The position numbers and the translations under genes were made by a program. Positions 10,211-20,982 of a DNA stretch of 64,000 nt are shown piece by piece (positions within the stretch are counted from its first letter, which is position 1; each line of letters opens with the position of its first letter). The notes beneath the pieces are model-generated. The model worked only from the letters and a program-made list of their open reading frames with translations, did not search any database and was not told the origin of the DNA. This stretch comes from Blastocladiella emersonii ATCC 22665 (lineage: Eukaryota; Fungi; Blastocladiomycota), in NCBI GenBank assembly GCA_025594325.1, contig JANHCV010000001.1, forward strand, positions 4,154,001-4,218,000. The letters run 5' to 3'.

Positions 10211-13200
10211 CTACTTGCCTATGCCGTGTGCGAGATTGTGCACCCACCAGTTGAGCTGCGTGCTCCATCCCAGCCGGATGCTCTCGTAGATGAGCCCTTG
10301 GAACTCTTCCGCCGCCTCGGCCTCGGACATGCCGAGACAAAACGCGTCGCGCAGATACGACAGGTCGTCGACCGTCTGCAGCTCCGGGATCCCCGTCGAC
10401 AGCATCAGGAGGAACAGGTTCATGAAGATGTTGGCGTTCCGCCTATGGATGCGCGCGTGCAGGGGAGTGATGGTCAGTTTGATGTCCATGGCCGTGGTCG
10501 CGGACCGAACGCGTACCGTAACACCAGGTAGGCCCGCACCGCCGTCGCGACGAAAAACTCGAAGTTGGCCGGGTTCTTCTTGGAGATGACGTGCACAAAG
10601 TCGGGCGTCAGGACGAACGGCGCGCGTTCGCGCTTGATCCCGAACTTGCGCTTCATGTTGCCGAGAAAGTGGCCAAAGTCGATGTGGAACAGCCGGCCGC
10701 GCTCGTGGCACATGATGTTGTCGTTGTGGCGGTCGCCGATCCCGAGGCAGAAGGTGGCGACGCAGTACCCGGCGCAGCTGAGCGTGAAGTTGGTCACGGC
10801 GCGGTCGTACTCGGCCTCGTCCGGGTTGTTCTGCCGGATCCACCGCTCGAGCGGCTCCTCCTTGAACGCGGCCGTCGACCCGCCGTACGCGAGCTGGATC
10901 GACGATACGGTCGCGCTCTGCGTCACCACCTCGATGAACCCCTGCTCGCGGCCCGTGCTCATGCACCCGTACAGCGTCATGCGCAGGTCCAGGCTCTCCT
11001 TGCGCCACAGCCGGTCCATGATCCGCAGCATCTGCAGCGTCAGCGCGTCCTGCCGCAGGTCGTCGCCCGTCTTGAAGATCACGAGCAGGTCCGACGGCGT
11101 GCGCGGGATCTGCGCCGGGATCGTGAACCCGGACCCTGGTCCGCCGCTGCCACCGTTCGTGGCTGTTGACGGCGTCAGCGTCTCGGAGCTCGTGGCCAGT
11201 GTCGTTGCGCTCCCGCCCGCGGCCACGGCCAGCGTGCTGCCCAGGGATGCTGCTGGCTCAGCGCCAGCCGAGATCGGGCTCGGCAGCAGCGTCGAGCTCC
11301 CCGCCGACGCGGGCGAGAAGACCGACCGCGGCCCAAACTCGAACGACGTGGCCGACGGCGGTCCGCTACTCGGGAGCGGGCTCGGCGGGCCCGCGGTCGA
11401 CTTGATGGTGTTGCCGACGGACACGGTGAGCAGGTCCATGGGCCGCTGGTCGGGCGGCGGCGTGCACCGGAATACGATCCACAGTGGCAGCTTCTTCGAG
11501 TCCATGAACTTGCACTTCTCGGTGCGGATCTCGCTGACGTGCAGGTCCGGGTTGAGTGGGACGCGCTGGCCGCGCGCGACCGACACGTTCTGCACCATGC
11601 TGACCAGCGTCTCGCGGCGGTCCGCGACGCGCGTCGACTTGACGGCCATGGCCGCCTCGGCGAGCTGGTCAACGAGCCGCTTCTGGTTCAGCAGGTCCGT
11701 GATGTCCGGCGCCGGGCACCCGCGCAAGTACCCCTCGAGCAGGATGCAGAACAGCGGGAACATGGTCGGCTTGGTCATCTCGGCCTTGAGCGCCCAGAAG
11801 AAGAAGTGCCCGATGCGCGACGACATGAGCGCGCGCTTGAGCAGGAACCGCGCGAGCGCAGAGTCGACGCGGTGCTCGAACGATAGCGCCTGCACGAGCT
11901 GCATCAGGTAGTCGCCGAGCGCCTCGTCCGACAGCGCCTCGAGCGTGTTGACCGCGTAGGCGCGCACGTCGTCGTCGGCAAAATAGGCGTCGAGGAGCAG
12001 CAGCGCGGTCTCGGTCGAGATGGGCTTCCACAGCTTGAGTAGCCTAGGGTGGCACAAATCGTCAGTGACTGCCTCGTCCGGGATCCATGGCCGCGAGCCG
12101 CGTACCTCCGGACCTCGAGCACGTCCTCTAGCTGGTCCCAGTTGGCTGCGAGCAGCACCTTGGGCAGCGACTCGGGGATGCTGGCGAGGTAGAGCCGGTT
12201 CGACCACAGGAGCCGCTTGATCGGGTCCTCGAGCGGGACGAGCGCGTCCCACTTGATCACCTCCTCGAGGTCCTTCATGTCGTCGCCGACCTCCTCCTTG
12301 CCCTGCGCGACCATCTCGTTGAAGTTGAGGTCGTCGATCGGCGCCTCGACCACGTCCGGGAACACGACCGGGTGCGTGTACTCCTCGAACCGCACCGTGA
12401 CGCTGGGCCCGGACCCGCGCTGCGGCGCCGTGACGGGTCCGATGAGCGGCGCCGCCTGGCCCTCCCACAGCCGCACCGTGTGCGTGCCCTGCCGCAGGTA
12501 TCCGCCGTCGTCGATGACCAGGATGCACACGCTGCCGAGCGGGACCGTGGTCGGCTTCTCCACCTCGGCACGCTTGCCGCGCGCGGACGCGACCGGCGTC
12601 ATCCCGTACACGGTCACGCACAGGCGCGCGTTGCGCGGCAGGTTGTAGATCGGGATGTCGAAGATGATGAAGTTGTGCCACCGCGGGTCCACGATGGGCT
12701 GAAGCAGGTGCGTGCGGACCGAGGCGCACAGGTTGCGACCGCCGAACGCGCTACACGATGAGGAAAAGTCAGTTCCCGGCTCGAGATCAAGGAAAGCACC
12801 GATGTCTCGTACATGGACGCCTCGACGTAGAGCGACGCGAACGAGCTGAGCGCCTGCGGACCCGTCAACGAGCCGAGTCCGTCCGCGCCAATGATTTCGA
12901 CGCGGAGGTTCATGGACAGGTCCCATAAACTCATCATCTTGATGGCCGTGCGGTCGCGGCCGCGTAGTGTAAGCTCGGCGTGGGTCCCCGGCGCGTGGCG
13001 GCCCTCCTCGACGAGGTACTCGTCGGCGGCCACCTCCTTGGCGACCGTGGCGTCGTCGACCTCGGGCGCCGCGTCGCGCAGCAGCGTCGGGAACGTCCAG
13101 TCGACTTCGTGCATGGCGCCGCGCTGCGCGTTGGCGATCATGAGGTTGATCTGCTCGCCGCGCGAGACGAGGTACCGGATCGAGCGGTGGTCGATGAGCC

Positions 13201-16200
13201 GGTGCGCGGGGCTCAGGTACTCGGGGCGGCCGACGAGCTGCAGCACGAGCTGGCGCGCGTACACCTGGGCGGGTTCGGGCGGCGCGTTTCCCGCGAGGTG
13301 CAGCATCAGCTCGTCGTGGAACTGGTCCGACGTGTTGCTCGGCTGCAGCGAGTACTTTTCGACGATGCGCGCCGTCACATCGAGCACGCGCTCGTGGATC
13401 CCGCACGACAGCGTGCGGACCACGGACCAGTGCGGGAAGTGCAGCCGCAGCGCGATCTTGGACTTGGTGCCCGCCATCTTGGACCGCAGGTACGGCGACG
13501 GATGGTCGCCCGCGTCCACGTCGACGGCATCGGGTGTCAGGCCGCGCGTCGTGTGGTGGCGGAGGTTCTTGAGCCGCTTCCGAAGCAGCGCGAGCTCGCT
13601 GCCGCGCGCCGCGTCCATCTGCGACGGCTGCGCGCCGAGCAGCACGTTGATCATGTTATTGTTGGTGCTGCTGCTCGGCTGGCCCTGGCCCGCGCTCGGC
13701 GACGTGACGCCGGCACTGCCCTGCTTGAGCGCGCGGAGCACGATCGTGTCGCACTGCCACTCGCGGACCAGCGCCATCTGACGCAGCGTCTGCCGCTCGT
13801 CGGCGAGGTGAACGAGCACGTGCGTCTTCGGGTGCCGGTAGTACAGCGCGTACGTGTCAGGCGTGTCGCACGCGCATAGCTTGGCCACGACCTGCTCCCA
13901 CAGCGCGGCCTTGACGGTCGTAATCGTGTCCTCGCCCATGAACGCGGCGTCGGCCTGCACGTCCTTGGAGAAGACGAGCGAGACCTTGAGGTGCAGGGGG
14001 CCAATGAACTCTGTAAAGCTGAGCGACGCAGGCCGCAACCGCTTGAGGCGCGAGTTGGCCGAGCCGGGCGCCGAGCCCGCTAGCGCGTTGCCCGTGAATG
14101 ACGTCGATGCGGCAAGCGACATGCCGCGCTCGATGGTCGCCGATGGACTTGGACCCGCCGACGCGGTTCCCGGACCGCTCGGCGGCAGGAGAAGCGTCGG
14201 CGACGAGCCGAACCCGCTTGCAGCAGACGGGGTCGAGGTCCGCGGTCCGAGCTGGCTCGGCGGGATGAAGCTCGACCGCCGCTCCGTCGCCGGCCCGTCG
14301 AACATGAGCATGTCGCGGTACACGTCCTCGACCGTGATGAGCCGCGTTCGCTTCGCGAGGAGCTGCGTGATGGACGCTCGCCGATCCTCGCGTATCGCAG
14401 GTACCGATGGCGAGGTCGTCGACGGCTGCGGCGTCGAGCTGGCAGCGCTCGTTGCGGACGCAGCCGCCTGCGACGATGAGAGCGTCGCGCCAGATCCCGC
14501 CCAGCCCTGCTCGTCGCCCGGCGACGTTGCCGACGCCTGCGCCGAGGGTTTCGCGCGGATCACGAACGACACGCTGTCGCCGACGTCGCCCTGGTTCCCG
14601 CGCACGACGGCGTCGATCTCGGGGATCTTGCCCAGCGCATAGTCGCTCGGCAGCGGTGTCGGGTCGACAGCGCCCGGCCGCTCGATGAACACCTGGTAGC
14701 CCGTCGTGACGGCCTGCTCGCCGAGGAGCGAGCGCAGCTTCTCGATGCCGCGCTGGAGCAGGAACTGCGCGTTGGACGCGGCCGTGATGCGCACGTTGGT
14801 GATGACACCCTTGGGCAGGAGAACGCGCACGCTGACGGAGCGCAGCTGCGGCTCGTCGGCGTTGAGGCGCGTGAGCGTGTCGTACGAGGTCCTCCGGATT
14901 GTGAAGAAGGACGGGACCTCGGAGTTGGCCGTGACCTCGGGGATGCGCTCGAGCAGCGGCGACGTCGACCGCACGCGGAACGTCACGACGCAGTTGGCGG
15001 GCGCGCTGCGCAGCGCGTCGAGCTCAACGACGAGCGCGTCGACGGGCAGCGCGGGACCCTCGGGGAACGTGGACGGGGTCAGGTCGTTCTCGCCGCCCAT
15101 CTGCGACAGGCCCGCGAGGTGCAGCGTCAGCTCCGAGTGGTCGATCTGGACGCCGAGCACGCGCGCAATCTTCTGCACACCCTTCTCGAGCAGCTCGTCA
15201 ACCGTCGTGTCCTGCGCGACGGCCACGTTCGAGTTCACGCCCTTGGGCAGCTCGAGCCGCACGAAGCGCGACGTGATGGTCGGGAGCGCCGTGTTCAGGC
15301 TGCTGCTGTCGTGCTGCGACGGTCGGCCCGACACGGTGTTGGTGCTGCGAACCGAGACTGCGCGGCTGACGGGCTGGAGCGGGATCGACGTTGGCCCGCT
15401 GTCGGTCCGGTACGCCTCGATGAGGGAGAAGATCGAGTCGTCGTCGTCGTTCGAGGAGCTCCCAAACGCGCTCGATGCGCCCGCGTCGGTGCCCGCCTTC
15501 TTGCGCTCGGACGCGTCCGACGACTTGCGGCTGTTGGCGCCGGACCGGTGGCCGGTGAGCACGAGGCGGAACACGGGCTCGGTGTTCGACGACTTGCAGA
15601 ACTGGTAGTAGAGCACGTCCTCGAGCAGCGTCGGCGGCGGCGGGAGCGAGGACCCGTCGCCCGTCTGCAGCTCCGCACCGTCCTTGGCTAGCGGGATGCC
15701 CGACATGCGGTGCAGCTTGGTGACGGCCTTCTCGAGCAGGTGTGCAATGGTCATGCCCGGCACGCATTGGACATGCGTGATACAGTCCTCGCTGACGTGG
15801 ATCTTGGCGATCACGATGGTCGAGGCCGAGCGGTTGAAGTCGCGCCGCAGGCCGACCGTGCGCAGCGGCGACGTTGGCGCCTGGTCCGAGTCGCGCCGTG
15901 ACGCTGGCTCGAGCTGCACGGACGTGGAGATGGCGGGCTCCGTGGACCGGCTTCCCGCTGCGTCGCGGGTCCCCGAGAGCGACGAGTTGGATGACACGAC
16001 CTGAGCCGATCTCGTCGAGATGGACGAGACCGATGACATGACGTCGATGTCAAAGTCGCCCGCGTCGGGGATCTCGACCATGAGCGGCGTGTAGACCGAG
16101 TGCTTCGACGAGGCGGAGCTCGGGCTGTGCGGCCCGCGGCTGCTGCCGAGGTTGGCCATGGTGAGCGGCGAGATGGGGCTGTTGAGCGTCGACGCGCGGC

Positions 16201-16918
16201 TGCGCGGCGGGCGCTTCATCGAGTTGGAGAAAGACTCGGTGATGCTCGCGGTGCCGCTGGCGAGGTTGTTGAGGAACACGGGGAGCGACAGCGAGAGCGT
16301 GTTCTTCTTGCCCGCCTCGCGCGAAGCCATGGACGCGTGGAGGAAGAGGAGGTTCGGGATAGTGTTCGCGCCGTGGCACTGCGTCACGTACGTGGTCTCG
16401 GCGATGATGGCGGACATATCTCCGAGCTCCTACGAGCAAACGCTCAAGCGTTAGTATGGCCCCGCTCCGATGCATCGCGGTTGCGTACATGGTGATGGCC
16501 GTCATCCGTGAACAAGCAAAACTCGGCCTTGGGCTCCGCCAGGTTGCACAGGTTCTACAACCGTGACGGCACCGTGAGCGCCGTGTCTCGACGAGAAGCC
16601 CCGAGCCCATCGTACCCGTAACTTGTTGTACGCCGAGTCCAGAACCGACTGCACGGACGCCCGCCGGTCGACGACCAGCGTCGTCGTCACGTCGTCCGCG
16701 TCGCCGCCCTTGGAGTAGCGGATCCGGACAAACATGGTCGCCCCGTTCTGGCCCGGGCTGATTGGGCTCGCAATGTTGGGCGATGAGGACGATGCAGGGC
16801 TCGGATCAGAGGCGCTAGACCCGGCCGGCGAGCCTGCTCGGCCGGATCCAGCGCTGCCGCTGGACGCGGAGCCGAACTGAGCCGATTTACGGCGCGCTCG
16901 GCCCAGTAGCGACGACAT
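10211..16918 (-). CDS. Class I-type phosphatidylinositol 3-kinase catalytic subunit (ABD-like, Ras-binding, C2, helical and kinase domains) with long N-terminal extension; multiple introns
   Basis: Kinase motifs CKFMDSKKLPLWI, VIFKTGDDLRQD, GIGDRHNDNIM, LFHIDFGHFLGN, RERAPFVLT and C-terminal WSTQLNWWVHNLAH. C2 domain PRWHNFIIFDIPIYNLPRNARLC, helical domain SLPKVLLAANW, RBD-like LVLQLVGRPEYL. Exons joined by GTAC...AG introns. Confidence 0.88.
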
Positions 16919-17331
16919 GACCGTGAATCGAGTTGGGACGACAGGTTGGCGAGATTGCCCGGCTCAGGAGGTGTGTCGTTTCGTCGAGTTGTGGACGACG
17001 AGGTCAGGCGCGGGTGGATGGCAGATTCACCGGGTGCAGTGCATTTGCAGAATCTCTAGTGCTTCATGGTGCGCATGCCATTGTGCGTTCGTCGCATCGA
17101 CTTGTTTGAGCAGGAGCAGCGTGTTCGCAGGTTGCGACCGGCGCGCGAGGCGAGCACGACGCGTCTCGCAAATCGACGCGTCGGGGTCACGCGGTGTCTC
17201 GCACCTCGAAATATGATTTTGCGACGCGTCCCTGACTTCGAGGCCACTGGAAACCACCCATAATCAAGAGGAAAGTGTCAAGGGAAATGTTTACATTGAT
17301 TTACAAGGAAAATTTACAGCTCTTCAAGGGG

Positions 17332-18021
17332 TTACATGAGGAGAGCACCGACACCAACGATGGCGGCGACGACCGAGGCGCCAGCCGTCACGGCGCTGGC
17401 CGACGACGACTGCTGCGAGACAGCGCCCGCGTTGAGGTAGTTGGACGCGACCTGCGTCGGCACCGCCTTGGCGTCCTTGTTACCATAGCCGGCCTCGTAC
17501 GCGCCGGTGGCGGCGGGGCGGGCCTCGGCCACGGCCGTAGCGCACGGCGTCGCGGCAGCGGGGTCGACAGCCGCCGTCATGTAGGCGGGGTCGAGGGCAG
17601 CAGCGGCGGGCTTGTCGCACGGCGTCGTGGCAGCGGGCTCGGCGGCGGCGACGGCCGAGGTCGTGCACGGCGTAGCAGCCGCGGGGTCGACGGCGACGGG
17701 CGCGGGCTTGTTGTAGCCGGTCGAAGTCGGGTCGACAGCAACGACAGGGGCGGCCTTGTTGTAGCCGGTGGAGGCGGGGTCGACGGCGACGGGGGCAGCC
17801 TTGTTGTAGCCAGTCGAAGCGGGGTCGACGGCAACCACGGGCGCGGCCTTGTTGTAGCCGGTGTGGGCGGGGTCGACGGCAACCACCGGGGAGGCCTTGT
17901 TGTAGCCCGTCGAGGTGGGGGCGACCTCAGCGGGCGAGGCAGCTCCAGCGTTGTAGTTGGCCGAGGGAGCGGCAGCGACGGCGGCGACGGCGGTGGCGAT
18001 GAGGAGGGTCTTGGCGAACAT
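17332..18021 (-). CDS. Secreted, probably GPI-anchored cell-surface repeat protein (229 aa)
   Basis: N-terminal signal peptide MFAKTLLIATAVAAVAA, five TGYNK(A/P)xPV(V)AVDP repeats, three-fold TPC motif, S-rich omega-like region followed by a hydrophobic C-terminus. Confidence 0.8.
   Translation of the reverse strand: MFAKTLLIATAVAAVAAAPSANYNAGAASPAEVAPTSTGYNKASPVVAVDPAHTGYNKAAPVVAVDPASTGYNKAAPVAVDPASTGYNKAAPVVAVDPTSTGYNKPAPVAVDPAAATPCTTSAVAAAEPAATTPCDKPAAAALDPAYMTAAVDPAAATPCATAVAEARPAATGAYEAGYGNKDAKAVPTQVASNYLNAGAVSQQSSSASAVTAGASVVAAIVGVGALLM
17683..17910 (-). repeat. Coding tandem repeat, five 45-48 bp units
   Basis: Repeated (C/G)TTGTTGTAGCC...GGGTCGACGGC units on the plus strand encode the TGYNK...AVDP repeats. 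Confidence 0.9.
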
Positions 18022-18158
18022 CTTGATGATGGTTTGGGTTGGTGGTGGTTCTAGGGTGTGCTTGAGGCAGACAGACTGTCTTTTCTAAAGGATGCGCTTG
18101 TAGAGGACAGGCTGGCTGGATGCTGGACGAGAGAGTTGGGTGCGGGGACGAGGCCGGG

Positions 18159-18166
18159 TTTATATA
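18159..18166 (-). promoter_or_regulatory. Candidate TATA box (TATATAAA) for the repeat-protein gene
   Basis: Perfect TATATAAA about 140 bp upstream of ATG 18021 in an otherwise very GC-rich context, followed by a pyrimidine-rich leader. Confidence 0.5.
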
Positions 18167-18570
18167 GGCGGCCCGGTCCCTTGCAGGGACTGCGCGAGTG
18201 CACCGCGCTGCGGCGAACAAGGTGCCGCGCTGCCGCGTGGGCGAAATGAACTCGAGAAATGAAGGGCGAAGGCGAGAAGATGAACAGTGGGCTGGTGATG
18301 AGTTGCGTGATGTGATTGGAGGCGAGGCGCCACGCGCGCACTCGCCATACAAAATGGCGAGCACGCGGGGAAGGTGGTGGCCAGTTCCCTTGGTGGCGCA
18401 GCCCGCGTGGGTGGCACAGCTGACTCCCGTCCACGTTGCGACCAATCGTGGCGCTACGCCAGTTCCTTGTGCAAGTTGCATCATGCACGATCGCACGATG
18501 AGTTTCAGTGAGGGTATTGCTTCGTGTATTACGGTGAAAATGGGGGTTGTGCGCAAAACGCGCGACTCTC

Positions 18571-20589
18571 TTACTTCCGGGCGTCGAACAAGATGATGAA
18601 CACCGCCCACCCGAGGACCATGAGGAAGCCCATGAGCCCGACCATGACGCGGCCCCAGAAGACGGGCATGGTTGGTGGACCAGCGACGGGCACCGATCCG
18701 TACCGCGCCTCATCGCTGGCCGAGAACGACGAGGAGAGCGGTCGGGATTCCGACCCGAGCGCAACGGTGCTGTCATCGCCGTCGTACTCGTCGTCCGAGC
18801 CGTCGCCGAGGTGGGAGTCGGTCCGGCCGAGCTTCTGCGCCTCGATGCGCTTGAGGATCAGCGGGCGCCGGGTCCCATCGGCGGCGAGCAGGCCGCGCGT
18901 CATCGGGTCGCCAGCGCTGTCGAGGATCCACAGACCCGTCGAGAGGCACAGCGACGCGACCGTGACCGCGACGAGGACGATGAGCGGCGCGCCGTACCCG
19001 CCGGTGCGGTCCTGGAGCCAGCCAAGGAGCGGGTCGAGCAGCGTCGACGCGATGTTAGTCATGGACTTGTAGATGCCGAGGGCGGTGCCCATGGACTCGG
19101 GCCCGATGAGGAGGCCGACCGACGAGACGAGCGCGACGGGACCGACCGTCAGCGACGAGCTGAACAGGAGCAGGGCGATGTACGGCGGCAGCAGCGTCCA
19201 GGCGAGCAGGCCGAAGCTCGCGAGCAGCGCGAGGGATGCGCCGACCATGAGCTGCGGGCGCAGGCCGCGGTTGTCCATGAGGTAGCCGAGGAAGGGCGCG
19301 CCGAAGATGGGGAGGAGCTGGCTGAGCGACGCGTTGAAGGCGGCGAGGGTCTCGGGCTGGCCGAACCGGTGCATGATCATCTCGGGCGCAATGTGCAGGA
19401 ACGAGGTCCACGACGACCCGAGCGTGAAGCTGAGGCCAGCAATGATCCAAAAGGTGCCCGGGAACAGGTACACGTCGTCGAGCTGGAAGCGCGTCTTGTT
19501 CTTGGCCGCGGCGACCTCGGCAGCCGAGTACACGCCCGCGTCGCCGCGGTTGACGGCGATGGCGGCCGGGTGCGGGTTCCGGGCCGAACCGGCAGCGAGA
19601 CTGCTCGACGAGGCCGAGTTCGACATGCCGACAGACCCTGGCTGCGAGGCCGCGAGGAGGCCCTGCGCCACGTCGTCGCCCTCGCCTTCGCGCGCGACCG
19701 CGTCCGCGTCGTAGTAGAAGCGGCGCATGCCGATGACGTAGACAATGTCGATGACCCAGCTGGTGAAGCAGAGGGCAAAGGCGGCCCAGAACGAGTAGCC
19801 GTACCAGCCGGTCGCGTTCTTGATGGGCACCGTCATGAGCGTGGCGAGGAAGCTGGCGAGGCGCGACGTGGCGATCTGGACGCCGACGGTGACGGCGAGG
19901 GCGGTCCCGCGGAACCAGTGCGCAAGGATCGTGTGCTGCACGGTGATGACGGTCATGGCACCGAGGCCGTAGAGCAGCCGGCCCGCCACCATGACGACAA
20001 ACGACTTGAGGTGCGCCGACAGGGCGAACAGGAAGCCGCCGAGCATGATGAGCGTGCACGAGACGGCGGACCCGTTCGAGACGCCGAACGTGTCGATGAA
20101 GCGGCCGCCGACGAGTGGGACGATGGTGTTGACCAAGCTGACGGCAGCCTGCAGAACGCCGTATTGCTACGTACAAACCAAAAGTGAGTACGCGCCCTCG
20201 CAGCACCGGATCCCAGAGGCACGTACTGCGTTGTTGATGCCGAGATCAGCCTTGATGGTCGACTTGAGGGCACTGACGACGTGCGCAGAGTCTACACGCA
20301 TCGAGGCGGGTAGCGGGGAGCTCTCGGACTCCATCCGAGCGCGAGAATCGTACAGTGGCTGCCGAAACCGATCATGAGGGTGCACAGGAACGCGAAAAGC
20401 TTCCACGACGTCGACGCCTGCGCATATTCCTCGTCAGCATCGCTCAGATCGCACGCAGTGAGCCGAGCGGCGTACGTTGGCGCGGCGGTTCTGAGCGTCG
20501 GTCCGGAGCTCGAGACAGACGTCCTGCTCGGTGGACTCGTGCCCGTGGGATGGCGGATCCTGATGATCTCTTGGAAGAGGGGACGGCAT
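18571..20589 (-). CDS. Major facilitator superfamily transporter, MFSD1-like; three 5' introns
   Basis: Spliced N-terminus WKLFAFLCTLMIGFGSHYSAHVVSALKSTIKADLGINNAQYGVLQAAVSLVNTIVPLVGGRFIDTFG, GRLLYGLG, WFRGTALA, about 12 hydrophobic segments. Confidence 0.85.
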
Positions 20590-20982
20590 GGTCGCGACGC
20601 GCATCCTTTCAGGGAAGCGAGATTCGTGTGGAGCGGCGAGTAAGAGGGCGCCCTTGCCGGAGGTCGAGGGTGGAGGGCGCGGTTCGCTTCGAATGCGCTG
20701 CTAGAGAGAGAAGAAGTTCGTTGCAGCGGGTCCGCGAGTGTTACATGGCATGGTGCGGTACGTTGGGGGCGACGACGAGGGAGCGGCCAAGGTTCCCCGT
20801 TTATCAGATGCGGCGGCGGTGTGGCGTATCGCGCCGAGATCGGCACGTGGCGGCTGCAGTGTCTCGCACGACGCGTGAGACAGGCGCTTGACGTCGTCGC
20901 GGTCAACTGGCCGAGCGATCATGGCGCGTGCAGCCTCGGATATACCCTCCATGAAGCATCTAACTGCCAGCAACAGCAAACC

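Noticed and set aside
17150-17232. Cluster of three ACGCGT (MCB-like) motifs upstream of the PI3K gene
   Set aside because: GACGCGTC is common throughout this CG-rich sequence, including inside CDS; enrichment cannot be claimed without statistics.
17683-17910. Regularly spaced repeats as a possible CRISPR-like array
   Set aside because: The units are contiguous in-frame coding repeats with no unique spacers, in a eukaryotic gene.
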